Below are positions 1 through 12,329 of a stretch of DNA of 64,000 nt, piece by piece. The notes under the pieces are model-generated. The model had not been told where the DNA came from and did not search any database. It worked only from the letters and a program-made list of their open reading frames with translations. The DNA is taken from NCBI GenBank assembly GCA_051252375.1, contig JBPOFY010000011.1:55675-119674 (forward strand), given 5' to 3'. How positions within the stretch are numbered: the stretch's first letter is position 1; every line of letters begins with the position of its first letter. Both the position numbers and the translations under genes were made by a program. The stretch comes from Opitutaceae bacterium. Lineage in GTDB: Bacteria > Verrucomicrobiota > Verrucomicrobiia > Opitutales > Coraliomargaritaceae.

Positions 1-1
1 A

Positions 2-62
2 GCGGACGCGTGAAACGCGTCCCTCCAAAAAGTCACTGGAGGGTCGCGTTTCACACGTCCGC
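2..62. repeat. REP-like inverted pair (family A, GGAG-type)
   Basis: GCGGACGCGTGAAACGCGTCCCTCCA...TGGAGGGTCGCGTTTCACACGTCCGC; single copies also at 7359-7385 and 9487-9513. Confidence 0.8.
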
Positions 63-295
63 CGTTAATCGAATATACGCTTACGAATCGAACCAGCACA
101 TGCATGCACCCCTCCCTCTCGAAAAAGCATGACAATCAGCAGAGCTGGAAACCGCTGATGCTCGCTTATTTTCGCTAATATATAATCACTCAAATCATAA
201 GCGTCTATCAGCGGACATAAGCGGTCGTCAGCTACGCTGCCCCACATCCAGTGCTCCCCGAAGCTAAGCTTCGAGGCTACGGAGCAATATGAAAC

Positions 296-330
296 AAAAA
301 AGGCCGCCTCCAAAATGGAAGCGGCCTTCT
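296..330 (-). terminator. Intrinsic terminator downstream of the 347-1363 gene
   Basis: Hairpin AGGCCGC...GCGGCCT followed on the minus strand by a T6 run. Confidence 0.75.
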
Positions 331-346
331 TGAAAGAATAAACCAA

Positions 347-1363
347 TTATTTAGACTGAGGCATTGGCGCTTCAATCTCTTCCATTACTGGCGGTGCCAT
401 CATCGGCGCAGGAGCAGAACCACCGCCGAAGCCTTGGCCCATCATCATGAGACCCATCATCGGCATCATCGCACCTTGAAGTGCTTGGTCAAATTGCTCT
501 TGAGTTTCAGCAGCTTCGATTTGCGCGAGCACGCCTTCTACCATTGCCAATACACCCATCACTTGTGGCTTCATTTCAGTCACTTCTTCAGGTGAAATCG
601 CTTCAAGTTGCGCCTTGGCGTCGGTCATGCTTTGAGTCCAGTCAGCAGCCATTTCCGTGGGCACCCAGCGGTTTTCCACCTTGGTGAATTCGCTAGTCTC
701 TTCTGGCTGACCTGGCGCAGTGAATGAGAGCGTGGCCATTGTGTCGTCAGACTCAACGACTGCCACAACTGCATTGCGCAGATCATCTAGGCTTGGCTGC
801 CCCTCTTCGTCGGACAACTTGGAAAGTTCTTCAATCAACTTAGTGAGCTTCGAAACGGTGACATCACAAAACTTTTGACCGTCGAAAGACTGCAGGCCTG
901 CGCTGGTTGCGAGATCGCTGGTGGTGATCACTTCGATAAATTGCACAAGTGCTGGAATCCCTTCGGCCATCTTGGCGCGCTCTTCATCGGAGCTTTGCCC
1001 CAAGGATGTATTTACGATGAAGTCTTTTTGCTTACCTGCGATTTGTCCGATGCGGCCGACTAAAGAGAAGGTCTTGTTATACATTTCAGCATCGATCTTG
1101 GTGCCGGCAAGTTGAACGACGCTATTCACATCGCCTTGATAGCTAGCTGGCATGGCCTTCCAGAGGATGCCGCCGTTACCGTTGGCCAGTTCGGTCATGA
1201 TCAATTTCATCGCAGCATCTGGCGCATCAGGAATGGTGAGCTCAGCTGGCGCTTCTGGAGCCGCGGCTGGTGCTGCGGCATCGTCTGCTTTCTTACCACA
1301 GGCAGTGAAAAAGAGCGCGGAGGTCACAAGACCAAGCAAGAGTTTTTGAATGGGTGATTTCAT
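347..1363 (-). CDS. Hypothetical lipoprotein
   Basis: 338 aa ORF, signal peptide with lipobox-like FFTAC, acidic, Met/Pro-rich C-tail. Confidence 0.75.
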   Translation of the reverse strand: MKSPIQKLLLGLVTSALFFTACGKKADDAAAPAAAPEAPAELTIPDAPDAAMKLIMTELANGNGGILWKAMPASYQGDVNSVVQLAGTKIDAEMYNKTFSLVGRIGQIAGKQKDFIVNTSLGQSSDEERAKMAEGIPALVQFIEVITTSDLATSAGLQSFDGQKFCDVTVSKLTKLIEELSKLSDEEGQPSLDDLRNAVVAVVESDDTMATLSFTAPGQPEETSEFTKVENRWVPTEMAADWTQSMTDAKAQLEAISPEEVTEMKPQVMGVLAMVEGVLAQIEAAETQEQFDQALQGAMMPMMGLMMMGQGFGGGSAPAPMMAPPVMEEIEAPMPQSK

Positions 1364-1460
1364 AGAATCAAATATAAGGTGGGGAAGAAAACCTTCCGAT
1401 TGGTATTATTGGTGGAGATAAAGAAGCCTCAGGAAATCCCCGAGGCTTCTGAAAGTAATG

Positions 1461-2420
<960 letters not shown>

Positions 2421-2513
2421 ATAAATAACTTTGATTGGGTGAAAAGTAGTCGAAGAGGCCTTAAAACATCGGAAAACCGCACTGAGGCAAGCATTTGTCC
2501 CCAATTTCGGGCA

Positions 2514-2544
2514 TAAAAAAACACCGCAATCTACGGTGTTTTCT
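2514..2544 (-). terminator. Intrinsic terminator after infA
   Basis: AAAACACCG...CGGTGTTTT hairpin with T-run on minus strand. Confidence 0.7.
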
Positions 2545-2566
2545 AAAAAGTAAGGTCTGTTCCAAA

Positions 2567-2848
2567 TTATCGGCGACGTGGGCCGAAGCTACGACGTGGC
2601 GCACCGCGCTGAACAGCAGCATTGCGGAGACGATAGACGATACGTGCCTTATTGAGGTCGTAAGGGCTCATTTCCATCTTCACAGTATCACCAGTGGTGA
2701 TCTTAATGAAGTGCTTGCGGAGCTTACCGGAGATGTGCGCGAGCACCTGATGTCCGTTGGTAAGTTCCACCCGAAACATAGTGCCCGGTAGGACCGCTAC
2801 GATTTTGCCTTCGACTTCGACGTATTCTTCGCTTTGTGCTTTTGCCAT
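2567..2848 (-). CDS. infA: Translation initiation factor IF-1
   Basis: [19 protein letters not shown]...LAHISGKLR...EMSPYDL; Arg-rich C-terminal extension. Confidence 0.96.
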   Translation of the reverse strand: MAKAQSEEYVEVEGKIVAVLPGTMFRVELTNGHQVLAHISGKLRKHFIKITTGDTVKMEMSPYDLNKARIVYRLRNAAVQRGAPRRSFGPRRR

Positions 2849-2980
2849 AGATAATTAGGAAAGCGGCGAGAAAATCGCTTTACTGCCGAAAGTCAAGGAT
2901 CGTTCTCGCACCACAAACGTCTGAGTATAAAATATTTCAACATCGAGAAGTCACACATTGTGACCATTACGCTTACTTCT

Positions 2981-3008
2981 TAATTCATAATTCCTAATTC
3001 CTAATTCT
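2981..3008 (+). repeat. Heptamer tandem array (TAATTCN)x4
   Basis: TAATTCA TAATTCC TAATTCC TAATTCT, ending 5 nt before the tadA ATG. Confidence 0.75.
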
Positions 3009-3013
3009 CCTCA

Positions 3014-3562
3014 ATGGACTGCCCATTCGAAAAAATCTTCCCCTCCGAGCTAAACCGCGATGCGGACTACTACATGACGCATGCCTACAACGAAGCGATC
3101 GAGGCGTGGAAAAAGGACGAAGTGCCCATCGGTGCGGTGATCGAGCACAAGGGTCGCGTGATCGCCTCCGCCCACAACCAATCTCGTTCCACCAACGACC
3201 CCACCGCGCACGCCGAGATCCTAGCCATCTCCCAAGCAGCCACCTACCTCGGCGACTGGCGCCTCAACGAGTGCACCCTCTACGTGACCAAAGAGCCCTG
3301 TCCCATGTGCTCCGGCGCCATGGTCATCGCTCGCATGGGCAAAGTTGTCTACGGTCTCCCCGACCCGAAAATGGGCTGCGTCGGCGGCGCCGCTGACCTT
3401 GGCGCCCTCCCCGAGAGCAATCACAAGTTCGAATCCGTCGGTGGCGTCCTCCAGGAGCTCAACCACGAGATACTCAAAGCCTTCTTCGATAAAAAGCGTG
3501 ACGACAATAAGGCAAAGAAACTCGAAGCCGGTTCTGAAGAAAACCAAATGCCGCCGGCATAG
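3014..3562 (+). CDS. tadA: tRNA adenosine(34) deaminase
   Basis: EVPIGAV, DPTAHAE, LYVTKEPCPMC deaminase motifs. Confidence 0.92.
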   Translation: MDCPFEKIFPSELNRDADYYMTHAYNEAIEAWKKDEVPIGAVIEHKGRVIASAHNQSRSTNDPTAHAEILAISQAATYLGDWRLNECTLYVTKEPCPMCSGAMVIARMGKVVYGLPDPKMGCVGGAADLGALPESNHKFESVGGVLQELNHEILKAFFDKKRDDNKAKKLEAGSEENQMPPA

Positions 3563-3567
3563 CTGAA

Positions 3568-3667
3568 GGTAGCGGCGATTGTCCCTAATCGCCACCTGTC
3601 GGAGTCGCACGGGCATCACCGAATCAAACACACTACAAAGATTGCGGTCGGGACGACCGCCGCTACC
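3568..3667. repeat. GTAG-type REPIN (family C)
   Basis: GGTAGCGGCGATT...GCGGTCGGGACGACCGCCGCTACC; inverted related copy at 25042-25138. Confidence 0.8.
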
Positions 3668-3856
3668 CCTAGAATCTCCATAGACTCCAACCATTACCGT
3701 CTATGAACGTTCATTAGCGGTAAAAACCCATCGTCCAAGTCACTGAAAACCTGCGCGGACAATGTCGAAATTCCGACATCACTCATTTGACAGAACGCCG
3801 ATCGACACTCATCATTCCCAACTCTCTCAAGAACTAAACATAGAAAATAACTACAT

Positions 3857-4483
3857 ATGGCTCACGAATTACCAGCACTCCCATACGCAAACGATGCGCT
3901 CGAACCACACTTCGACGCTCGCACAATGGAAATCCACCACGACAAGCATCACAATGCTTACGTCACGAATTTAAACGCAGCGCTCGAAGGCACTGGCCTT
4001 GAAGATAAGAGCCTTTGCGAAATCATCGGCAACCTTGATGCAGTTCCTGCTGAAAAGCGCGGCGCCGTGCGCAACAACGGTGGTGGCCACGCCAACCACT
4101 CTTTCTTCTGGAAGATCCTCAGCCCAAATGGCGGCGGCGCACCTACAGGTGAGCTCGCAGCTGCGATCGACGCAGAGCTTGGCGGTTTTGACGCATTCAA
4201 AGAAGCTTTTGCTAAAGCAGGCATGACACGTTTCGGTTCTGGTTGGGCATGGCTCATCGTCAAACCTTGTGGTTCCCTCGCAGTGACTTCGACTCCTAAC
4301 CAAGACTGCCCATGCATGACAGGTGTTGCAGAAGTTGAAGGCAAACCAGTCATCGGCCTCGATGTTTGGGAGCACGCTTACTACCTCAAGTATCAGAATC
4401 TTCGCCCGAACTACATCGCAGCTTTCTGGAACCTTGTCGACTGGAGCGCAGCCGAAGAAAACTACAAGAGCGCGAAAGCGTAA
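3857..4483 (+). CDS. sodA: Superoxide dismutase, Fe/Mn family (Mn-type signature)
   Basis: [31 protein letters not shown]. Confidence 0.93.
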   Translation: MAHELPALPYANDALEPHFDARTMEIHHDKHHNAYVTNLNAALEGTGLEDKSLCEIIGNLDAVPAEKRGAVRNNGGGHANHSFFWKILSPNGGGAPTGELAAAIDAELGGFDAFKEAFAKAGMTRFGSGWAWLIVKPCGSLAVTSTPNQDCPCMTGVAEVEGKPVIGLDVWEHAYYLKYQNLRPNYIAAFWNLVDWSAAEENYKSAKA

Positions 4484-4505
4484 GTTTTCAAAAACGATTT
4501 AAACA

Positions 4506-4536
4506 AAAGCCGTCCCAATTCGGGGCGGCTTTTTTT
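4506..4536 (+). terminator. Intrinsic terminator after sodA
   Basis: AAAAGCCGTCCC-AATTC-GGGGCGGCTTTTTTT. Confidence 0.85.
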
Positions 4537-4565
4537 GTGCCCGTCGTAATCTACTAGGGAATGAT

Positions 4566-4662
4566 TGGAGGGCAATGCTCTGTCATTGCCGTTCGCCAAG
4601 GGCGCTCGAAATTATCTGACCGCAAGTCATACGTGCGGAAACGACGGAACGTTTCCCTCCAG
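4566..4662. repeat. ~97 bp REPIN/MITE-like element (family E)
   Basis: TGGAGGGCAATGCTCTGTCATTGCCGTTCG...GGAAACGACGGAACGTTTCCCTCCAG; reverse-complement copy at 39583-39680. Confidence 0.85.
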
Positions 4663-4680
4663 AGCCTCATTGCTTCGGCC

Positions 4681-5967
4681 CTACTTCGTTTCCGTCAGCC
4701 ACTGGCTTAAAGTTTCCTCCAAGCTGGCGCCCTTCCCTGGAAACTTTTCGTGCAGATCTTTCAGCTCGGTGGGGTCATCTTTCAGATTGTAAAGTTCGGC
4801 ACCGTCGGGGCCTTTGATGAGTTTCTCCCAGCCTTCGATGAGCACTCGAGCGGTGAGACCATGATCGAGATCTTCGAGCTGATCTAGATCGCTGTCGTGC
4901 GCATACACATCGACGAAAATACGGTTCCGTGCCTGCAGCTCCTTCGTGTCACGAAGGTCGAGCCCGCTCATCGCTTCGGGCACAGCAATGCCACAGGCTT
5001 TGAGAATCGTCGGTGCGATATCAATATTGCTGGCCAGCGTTGACTCATCGCGAGCGGGTGCGATCTTACCGGCTTGGCTTAGAAAGATGGGTGTGCGTAT
5101 GCCCATCTCGTAGGGCTCACGCTTCGAGCGACTGTCGAAGCGATTACGTTGCTCCGGGTCCTGAATCCACCCGTTGTCGCAAGTATAGACAAAGAGTGTG
5201 TCCTCATAGATACCCTGCTCCTTCAGGTAGTTGATCAGTTGCCCACAGGTTTGATCCAACCACTCACAGTTGGCCCAATACCAGGCGGTGGGTTCATTGG
5301 GCGCGACATCGCGGTATTTCTCAAAAAGCTCCGCAGGGGCATTATGAGGAGAGTGAGGTAAGAAGACGCCATACCAAATAAAGAAGGGTTCTTCCGCCGC
5401 GACTGCTTGATCCACGAAATCATAAACCGGCTGCATGGTGCTGCGGCCTATCTTCAAGCCCACATCTCCATGTCGTCCTCCTTTGAGTGGGTTGCCATGA
5501 GTCATCGCTTGATCGAAGCCATGCTCCAAAGGGTTGCCCTCCCACCATTTCCCGGTTTGCAGCGTCGCATAGCCGTGGGTCTGTAATTCTTTAATAAACG
5601 ACGGGTGGGTTTGCATCGGTGCGCTCATACGCGCACGTATGGCAGCTTTGGCGCCGGGGTTCTTGGCTGCTCGCCAGCCAACAGGGTCATTGCCCCGGAT
5701 CCCAGTCTGATGTGGATACAGCCCCGTCACGATACTCGCGAGAGAAGGTCGGCAGAGGGGCGCTGTCACGTAGCCGCGCTCAAAGAGTAGACCTTCGGCA
5801 GCCAAGCGATCGAGGTTCGGTGTCTCGATGTGCGGATGCCCCATAAAACCGTAATCAGTCCAGCCTTGATCATCGCTGAGTAAGAAAACGACATTCGGAC
5901 GCTTCGTGGCAAAGGTGACCCCGATGCTGAGAAGTAGTAGTGCGATGAATGTCGTCGAAATCCTCAT
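4681..5967 (-). CDS. Secreted sulfatase (S1 family)
   Basis: Signal peptide, RPNVVFLLSDDQG, TPNLDRLA, LCRPSLASIVTG, GKW, DNG, ELYNLKDDP. Confidence 0.9.
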   Translation of the reverse strand: MRISTTFIALLLLSIGVTFATKRPNVVFLLSDDQGWTDYGFMGHPHIETPNLDRLAAEGLLFERGYVTAPLCRPSLASIVTGLYPHQTGIRGNDPVGWRAAKNPGAKAAIRARMSAPMQTHPSFIKELQTHGYATLQTGKWWEGNPLEHGFDQAMTHGNPLKGGRHGDVGLKIGRSTMQPVYDFVDQAVAAEEPFFIWYGVFLPHSPHNAPAELFEKYRDVAPNEPTAWYWANCEWLDQTCGQLINYLKEQGIYEDTLFVYTCDNGWIQDPEQRNRFDSRSKREPYEMGIRTPIFLSQAGKIAPARDESTLASNIDIAPTILKACGIAVPEAMSGLDLRDTKELQARNRIFVDVYAHDSDLDQLEDLDHGLTARVLIEGWEKLIKGPDGAELYNLKDDPTELKDLHEKFPGKGASLEETLSQWLTETK

Positions 5968-6055
5968 GAGGTTTTTATGGTCAGAGTCTTGCTAACTTTG
6001 ACAGACCGTGCGTCGAAGGCAAACCTTCCTAGACAGTGACTATGAACAAAAAGTA

Positions 6056-6139
6056 TGACTACGAAAATCGCTGAAGTCGCGAAACGACTCTGACGTGCCT
6101 GAGTTCATTTTTTCGCGGCTTTCGTGCCTTTCGTAGTCA
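6056..6139. repeat. Intergenic inverted-repeat element
   Basis: TGACTACGAAA...TTTCGTAGTCA ends with internal CGCGAAA/TTTCGCG units. Confidence 0.6.
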
Positions 6140-6174
6140 AAATTTCTCGTGGCTGACAGCTTCTGCCCCCTAGG

Positions 6175-7334
<1,160 letters not shown>

Positions 7335-7358
7335 ATTTCAAAATGTTACGAGTTTGCA

Positions 7359-7385
7359 CTGGAGGGATGCGTTTCACGCGTCCGC
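7359..7385. repeat. REP family A copy
   Basis: CTGGAGGGATGCGTTTCACGCGTCCGC, matches 36-62. Confidence 0.8.
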
Positions 7386-7531
7386 TAATCAACGTTGCCA
7401 GACAAAAAGATACGCATTGTCCTAATAAGCGACAATTAGCGTCCATAAGCGGTCGCCAGCTATGCTGGTTCACCCGAAAACACCGTAATATACGGCTGCG
7501 CTACTCACAATAAGCGGCTGTTATAATCGAA

Positions 7532-7563
7532 GTTCGACGTTGAATGTTCGACGTTCGACGTTC
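7532..7563. repeat. GTTCGAC heptamer array upstream of ribH
   Basis: GTTCGAC GTTGAAT GTTCGAC GTTCGAC GTTC. Confidence 0.7.
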
Positions 7564-7578
7564 TTATTCATCGCCTCT

Positions 7579-8049
7579 ATGAGTCTCGACATTCCCAGTA
7601 TTCAAGAAATCGACGGTAGCGGCATGCGCTTTGCCGTGATTGCTTCGCGCTACAATGAAGCCTTGGTCGACTCCCTTGTGCGTCATGCTTGCGCCACCCT
7701 TGAAGCCGCCGGAGCGGTGACTCCTGTGATCGAGCGCGTGCCAGGTGCCGCAGAGCTGCCCTTTGCCGCAAGCACGATCGCCACCCACACAAAGTTCGAC
7801 GGCATCATCGTGATCGGCGTCGTGATTGCAGGCGACACGAACCACCACGAAATTATCGGCGATAGCACCGCCACCGCCCTGCTCGACATCAGCATCGCAC
7901 AAAAAGTGCCCGTCATTAACGGCATCCTCGTCGTGAACAACCTCGCACAAGCCGAGGCTCGAGCTGGCGAAGAAATCAACCGCGGCAAAGAATTTGCCCA
8001 AGCAGCCCTTGAAATGGCCGCATTTACAAAAAAATGGAAGACGAAGTAA
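7579..8049 (+). CDS. ribH: 6,7-dimethyl-8-ribityllumazine synthase
   Basis: RFAVIASRYN, VPGAAELP, GVVIAGDTNH, PVINGIL, NRGKEFA; start set at MSLDI. Confidence 0.92.
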   Translation: MSLDIPSIQEIDGSGMRFAVIASRYNEALVDSLVRHACATLEAAGAVTPVIERVPGAAELPFAASTIATHTKFDGIIVIGVVIAGDTNHHEIIGDSTATALLDISIAQKVPVINGILVVNNLAQAEARAGEEINRGKEFAQAALEMAAFTKKWKTK

Positions 8050-8495
8050 AACCAGTTAAACGCGCCTCACAGCGCCGCGAAAACCGCATGTGTGCGGTGC
8101 AATTCCTCTACCAGTGGGAACTCAATAAACCAGAGCAACTCAACGATGCGGTCTGCACGTTTTTTGAGACCCAAGAGCAACCACGTGAATACTTCGCATT
8201 TGCTGAAGAGTTGATCCACGGCACGATCGAACACATCGAAGCAGTCGATTTCGAGATCAAGGAACACGCCGCGAACTGGACTTTCGAACGTATCGCCAAA
8301 GTCGATCTCTCCGTGCTTCGCCTCGCAATCTACGAGTTGCTCCAACGCAGAGACATCCCGCCGATTGTCAGTATCAACGAAGCGATCGAGCTCGGAAAGA
8401 TTTTCTCCAACCCTGATTCAAAGCGCTTTATCAACGGCATACTGGATCAGATGAAAAACAAGATCTCTCGCCCGCTTCGCGAAGCAGCTGAGTAA
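8034..8495 (+). CDS. nusB: Transcription antitermination factor NusB
   Basis: RRENRMCAVQFLYQ, NWTFERI, INEAIELGK, FINGILD; follows ribH. Confidence 0.95.
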   Translation: MEDEVKPVKRASQRRENRMCAVQFLYQWELNKPEQLNDAVCTFFETQEQPREYFAFAEELIHGTIEHIEAVDFEIKEHAANWTFERIAKVDLSVLRLAIYELLQRRDIPPIVSINEAIELGKIFSNPDSKRFINGILDQMKNKISRPLREAAE

Positions 8496-8554
8496 TGTGA
8501 AGGGCAATGCTCCGCTCTAACCTGAGCAGTTCCCTCGACTAAAGAAATAGACAC

Positions 8555-9481
8555 ATGCGCGGACTCTTTAAAAAGTTTAAAGACGGGCTCAAACGCCAAA
8601 CACCCACTTTCCGAAAGGCCTTCGACGGCATCTTCTCGGGAGCGCAGCTCGATGCAGGCGCGTTGGACGAACTAGAAGAAGCCCTCTACACCGCTGACTT
8701 CGGACACGAAACTGTCGAAGAAATTATCGACGAAATCAAGGTCGCCTACAAAGCCGACAAGACGATGCGCGGCGAAGACGCTGCGAAGATCGGCGCTACC
8801 GTGCTTGCCCGCGTATTGGAAGGTGCAGAAGGCCGTGTCGAGATCGGCGCAAACCACCCAGAAGTCATTTGCCTCGTCGGCGTGAACGGCGCCGGCAAGA
8901 CGACCACTTCCGCCAAGCTCAGCTATCTGTATCAAAATGACGGATACAAAGTGCTACTCGGCGCCTGCGACACTTTCCGCGCAGCGGCTAATGAGCAGAT
9001 CAAAGCTTGGGCCGACCGCCTCGAAATCGACATCGTGGCCAGTCAACACGGTGCAGACTCCGCAGCCGTCGCCTTCGACGCCCTCGCTGCTGCCAAGAGC
9101 CGCGGTCGCGACCTTGTCATCCTCGACACCGCTGGTCGCCTCCACACGAAAAGTAATTTAATGAAGGAGTTGGAAAAGCTCCTCCGCGTCGTGCAGAAGC
9201 AAGACCCCAGCGCACCACACCACAGCTGGCTCGTGGTGGACGGCAGCCTCGGCTCGAACTCCATCGAACAAGCACGTGTCTTTAACAAAAGCTTCCCGCT
9301 GACCGGGCTCATCATCACCAAGCTCGACGGCACCAGCCGCGGCGGCGCCCTCGTCGGCATCTACCGCGAACTTAAACTACCCATTTACTTCGTAGGCCTC
9401 GGCGAACAACCCAACGATCTTCAGCCATTTTCAGCCGCAAACTACGCCAAAGCGATTTTCGGGATCAGCGAAGATTCGTAG
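8555..9481 (+). CDS. ftsY: SRP receptor FtsY
   Basis: GVNGAGKTT, DTFRAAA, DTAGRLH, TKLDGT. Confidence 0.95.
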   Translation: MRGLFKKFKDGLKRQTPTFRKAFDGIFSGAQLDAGALDELEEALYTADFGHETVEEIIDEIKVAYKADKTMRGEDAAKIGATVLARVLEGAEGRVEIGANHPEVICLVGVNGAGKTTTSAKLSYLYQNDGYKVLLGACDTFRAAANEQIKAWADRLEIDIVASQHGADSAAVAFDALAAAKSRGRDLVILDTAGRLHTKSNLMKELEKLLRVVQKQDPSAPHHSWLVVDGSLGSNSIEQARVFNKSFPLTGLIITKLDGTSRGGALVGIYRELKLPIYFVGLGEQPNDLQPFSAANYAKAIFGISEDS

Positions 9482-9486
9482 CCACG

Positions 9487-9513
9487 CTGGAGGAACGTGT
9501 TTCACACGTCCGC
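9487..9513. repeat. REP family A copy
   Basis: CTGGAGGAACGTGTTTCACACGTCCGC. Confidence 0.75.
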
Positions 9514-9692
9514 CATCAGCTTAAAACTGAAGTTGTAGCCACGGCAGCCCCCTGCCGTGTTCATAGCCAAAGAGTCCATAACAGAGCCATCCACCGCAAT
9601 TTTAAGACAGCTGCCTTGCAGAGCGTCACCGAATCTGTTTTAGCTTTAAGATAGTAAGTCCTTTCAGTTTTCAGTATTTCAGCTTTTAAAAC

Positions 9693-10781
9693 ATGACCGC
9701 CCCGCTCACCGTTGCCCTCGCAGACCGCTCTTATCCGATACACTTCAATGAAAGTGCGACCGCACTGAAGGCCGAGGTCAGCCAACTACGCGCCGCCAAG
9801 CGCAGCATCCGCGTGATCAGTGATGCACGTGTGCTCCATGCACACCCTAGCTATTTGGCACAGGCGGGCTTTCATGATGACGAAATCTTGTCTTTGCCTT
9901 CCGGCGAGCCAACGAAGTCGGTCGAATTCTTCAGCCAGGCGTTGAGCTTCCTCGCGAGTCAAGCCGCCAACCGCGACTGCGCACTCTTCGCTTTCGGTGG
10001 TGGTGTGATTGGCGACCTCGCCGGCTATGTGGCCGCGAGCTATCTGCGCGGCATCGATTTTTACCAAATCCCCACCACCCTGCTCTCCATGGTGGACAGC
10101 TCGGTCGGCGGCAAAACCGGCATCAATCTACCGGAAGGTAAAAATCTCGTTGGTGCATTCTGGCAGCCGAAAGCCGTCTATATCGATGCAGCACTTTTAC
10201 AAACACTGCCGCCGCGTGAGTTCGCCGCTGGCATGGCCGAAGTGATCAAATACGGCATGCTCGCCGATGCCACACTCCTCAGCAATCTTGAAGCACTGGA
10301 TGGGCTCGACGCCACCTCCGATGAACTCCCTGCAGTCATCCGCCGCTGTTGCGAAATCAAAGCACAAGTCGTCGCGGACGATGAAAAGGAAACCGCCGCT
10401 TCCGGTGGTCGCGCATTGCTCAACCTCGGACACACCTTTGCCCATGCGATCGAAAATGTCGCTGGCTACGGCACCTACCTCCATGGTGAAGCCGTCGCGA
10501 TCGGGCTCAAACTAGCCACTCAGCTCTCGGTTCATCTCGAACAAATACCTGCTGGCGATGTCGCGCACGTGCAACGCATCATCGAGCAATTTAAGCTGCC
10601 TACACACATCGACGAACCACTCAAGGTCGTCGATCTTATGGCCGCAATGCAGCGCGACAAAAAGAACCGCAGCGGACACCTACGTTTTGTGACCATGACT
10701 CACCTCGGCACCGCCGTCACCACCGACGGTATCGGCGCAGAGTTGATCGAAAACCTCTGGCGCGAAGCTGGAGCGGAGTAA
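9693..10781 (+). CDS. aroB: 3-dehydroquinate synthase
   Basis: GGGVIGDLAG, PTTLLSMVDSSVGGKTGIN, LNLGHTFAH, HGEAVAIG. Confidence 0.96.
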   Translation: MTAPLTVALADRSYPIHFNESATALKAEVSQLRAAKRSIRVISDARVLHAHPSYLAQAGFHDDEILSLPSGEPTKSVEFFSQALSFLASQAANRDCALFAFGGGVIGDLAGYVAASYLRGIDFYQIPTTLLSMVDSSVGGKTGINLPEGKNLVGAFWQPKAVYIDAALLQTLPPREFAAGMAEVIKYGMLADATLLSNLEALDGLDATSDELPAVIRRCCEIKAQVVADDEKETAASGGRALLNLGHTFAHAIENVAGYGTYLHGEAVAIGLKLATQLSVHLEQIPAGDVAHVQRIIEQFKLPTHIDEPLKVVDLMAAMQRDKKNRSGHLRFVTMTHLGTAVTTDGIGAELIENLWREAGAE

Positions 10782-10850
10782 CAAGCCCAAAGCAACGACT
10801 CAGAGAGGACAAGATCTGCAGTTTCCTGCAACTTTCTAGGATAATGAACT

Positions 10851-12302
10851 ATGTCAGTTAGTATGACTGACCGCCGCATTCTATTTATTCTTAGCATCCT
10901 CATCTTCGGACACTCAGCTGGCTACGCCCAGCCCAACTTCATCTTCATCCTAACCGACGACCAGGACTGGACGGAGACTTCCGTGCAAATGCACCCCGAC
11001 ATCCCGTATTCGAAAAGCCAATACATCCAGACACCCAACCTCGAAAAAATTGCCAGCGAAGGCATCATATTCTCCGACGCCTACGCCCCCTCGTCGGTTT
11101 GCGCTCCCACTAGAATCAGCCTACAAACTGGAAAAAGCCCGGCACAACTGCACTGGACAAAGGCAGGCCCCGCAGTCACCACGCGAGACAACTACCCGCT
11201 CATCCCTAAACCTATACGCAGGGACATTTCTTCAAGCGAAACCACCATCGCGGAAATGCTTAAAGGAGCCGGTTACGCCACTGCTCACTATGGAAAATGG
11301 CATCTCAGCGGAGGCGGACCCGAGGAGCATGGTTACGACGAATCAGACGGCAACACCGGCAACCAAGATGCCGCCCGCCACATAGCGCCCAACCCTGTCG
11401 ACATCTTCGGCATAACTGAACGCGCCAGTGCTTTCATGGAAAAGCATACTAAAGCCGGCACCCCCTTCTTCATACAACTTTCACACAACGGGCTGCACTA
11501 CCCGGAAAACTCTACTCCGGAGATGCTGCAGAAATACGCTAAGCTCATGGGGAAAAGCACCGATGATAGGCAAGTGCAACGCAGTGCCATGGCGGAACAC
11601 TTAGACCAAGGCCTTGGCCTGATTATGGAAAAAATTGATGCACTCGGCATTCGGGAAAACACTTACCTTATCTTCATGTCGGACAATGGCGGCACTGCTG
11701 GCGGGAAACGTGACAGAAGAATGAACTCCACCAACACACGCCCATTGAACTCAGGCAAGGGCTCTGTCTTCGAAGGCGGCATACGCATCCCCCTCATCAT
11801 ACGCGGTCCAAACGTCCCAGCCGATATTTACTCAGACAGTCGTGTCGTTGGCTTCGACCTCTTCCCCACTTTCTGCGCCCTCGCTGGCGTCAAGCAAGCA
11901 CTTCCCGATGGCGTTGAAGGTGGTGACATGACATCAATTCTTCACAGCGGCAAAGGTCAGGTCCAACGCCCGCGCGAAGCACTGATCTTCCACTTCCCGC
12001 ACTATCAAGCCGACACACCTCACTCCGCCATTCTACTCGGCGACTACAAACTCATCAAATGGTATGAAGACGGCAAAGTGAAACTCTTCGACCTATCGAA
12101 AGACATCGGCGAAAGCAAAGACCTCTCCGAGCAGTTCCCCGAGAAGACCGCCGAATTACTCAAACAGCTCGAACAATATCTCGAAGAGATGGATGCACAG
12201 ATCCCGGACATCAATCCAGACTACGATCCCGCTAAGTCCTCGACTCCTCAACAAGGCAAGAAGGGGAAAGGGGAAAACAACCGCAAAGGCCCGAGTCGCT
12301 AG
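10851..12302 (+). CDS. Secreted sulfatase (S1 family)
   Basis: PNFIFILTDDQ, CAPTR (CxPxR), GKWH, SDNGG, GKGSVFEGGIRIP. Confidence 0.92.
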   Translation: MSVSMTDRRILFILSILIFGHSAGYAQPNFIFILTDDQDWTETSVQMHPDIPYSKSQYIQTPNLEKIASEGIIFSDAYAPSSVCAPTRISLQTGKSPAQLHWTKAGPAVTTRDNYPLIPKPIRRDISSSETTIAEMLKGAGYATAHYGKWHLSGGGPEEHGYDESDGNTGNQDAARHIAPNPVDIFGITERASAFMEKHTKAGTPFFIQLSHNGLHYPENSTPEMLQKYAKLMGKSTDDRQVQRSAMAEHLDQGLGLIMEKIDALGIRENTYLIFMSDNGGTAGGKRDRRMNSTNTRPLNSGKGSVFEGGIRIPLIIRGPNVPADIYSDSRVVGFDLFPTFCALAGVKQALPDGVEGGDMTSILHSGKGQVQRPREALIFHFPHYQADTPHSAILLGDYKLIKWYEDGKVKLFDLSKDIGESKDLSEQFPEKTAELLKQLEQYLEEMDAQIPDINPDYDPAKSSTPQQGKKGKGENNRKGPSR

Positions 12303-12329
12303 ATCCTAGAGGGTTGTGCTCTGTCGCAA

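Noticed and set aside
65..346. 93 aa minus-strand ORF
   Set aside because: Runs through a terminator and repeat elements, with no recognisable motif.
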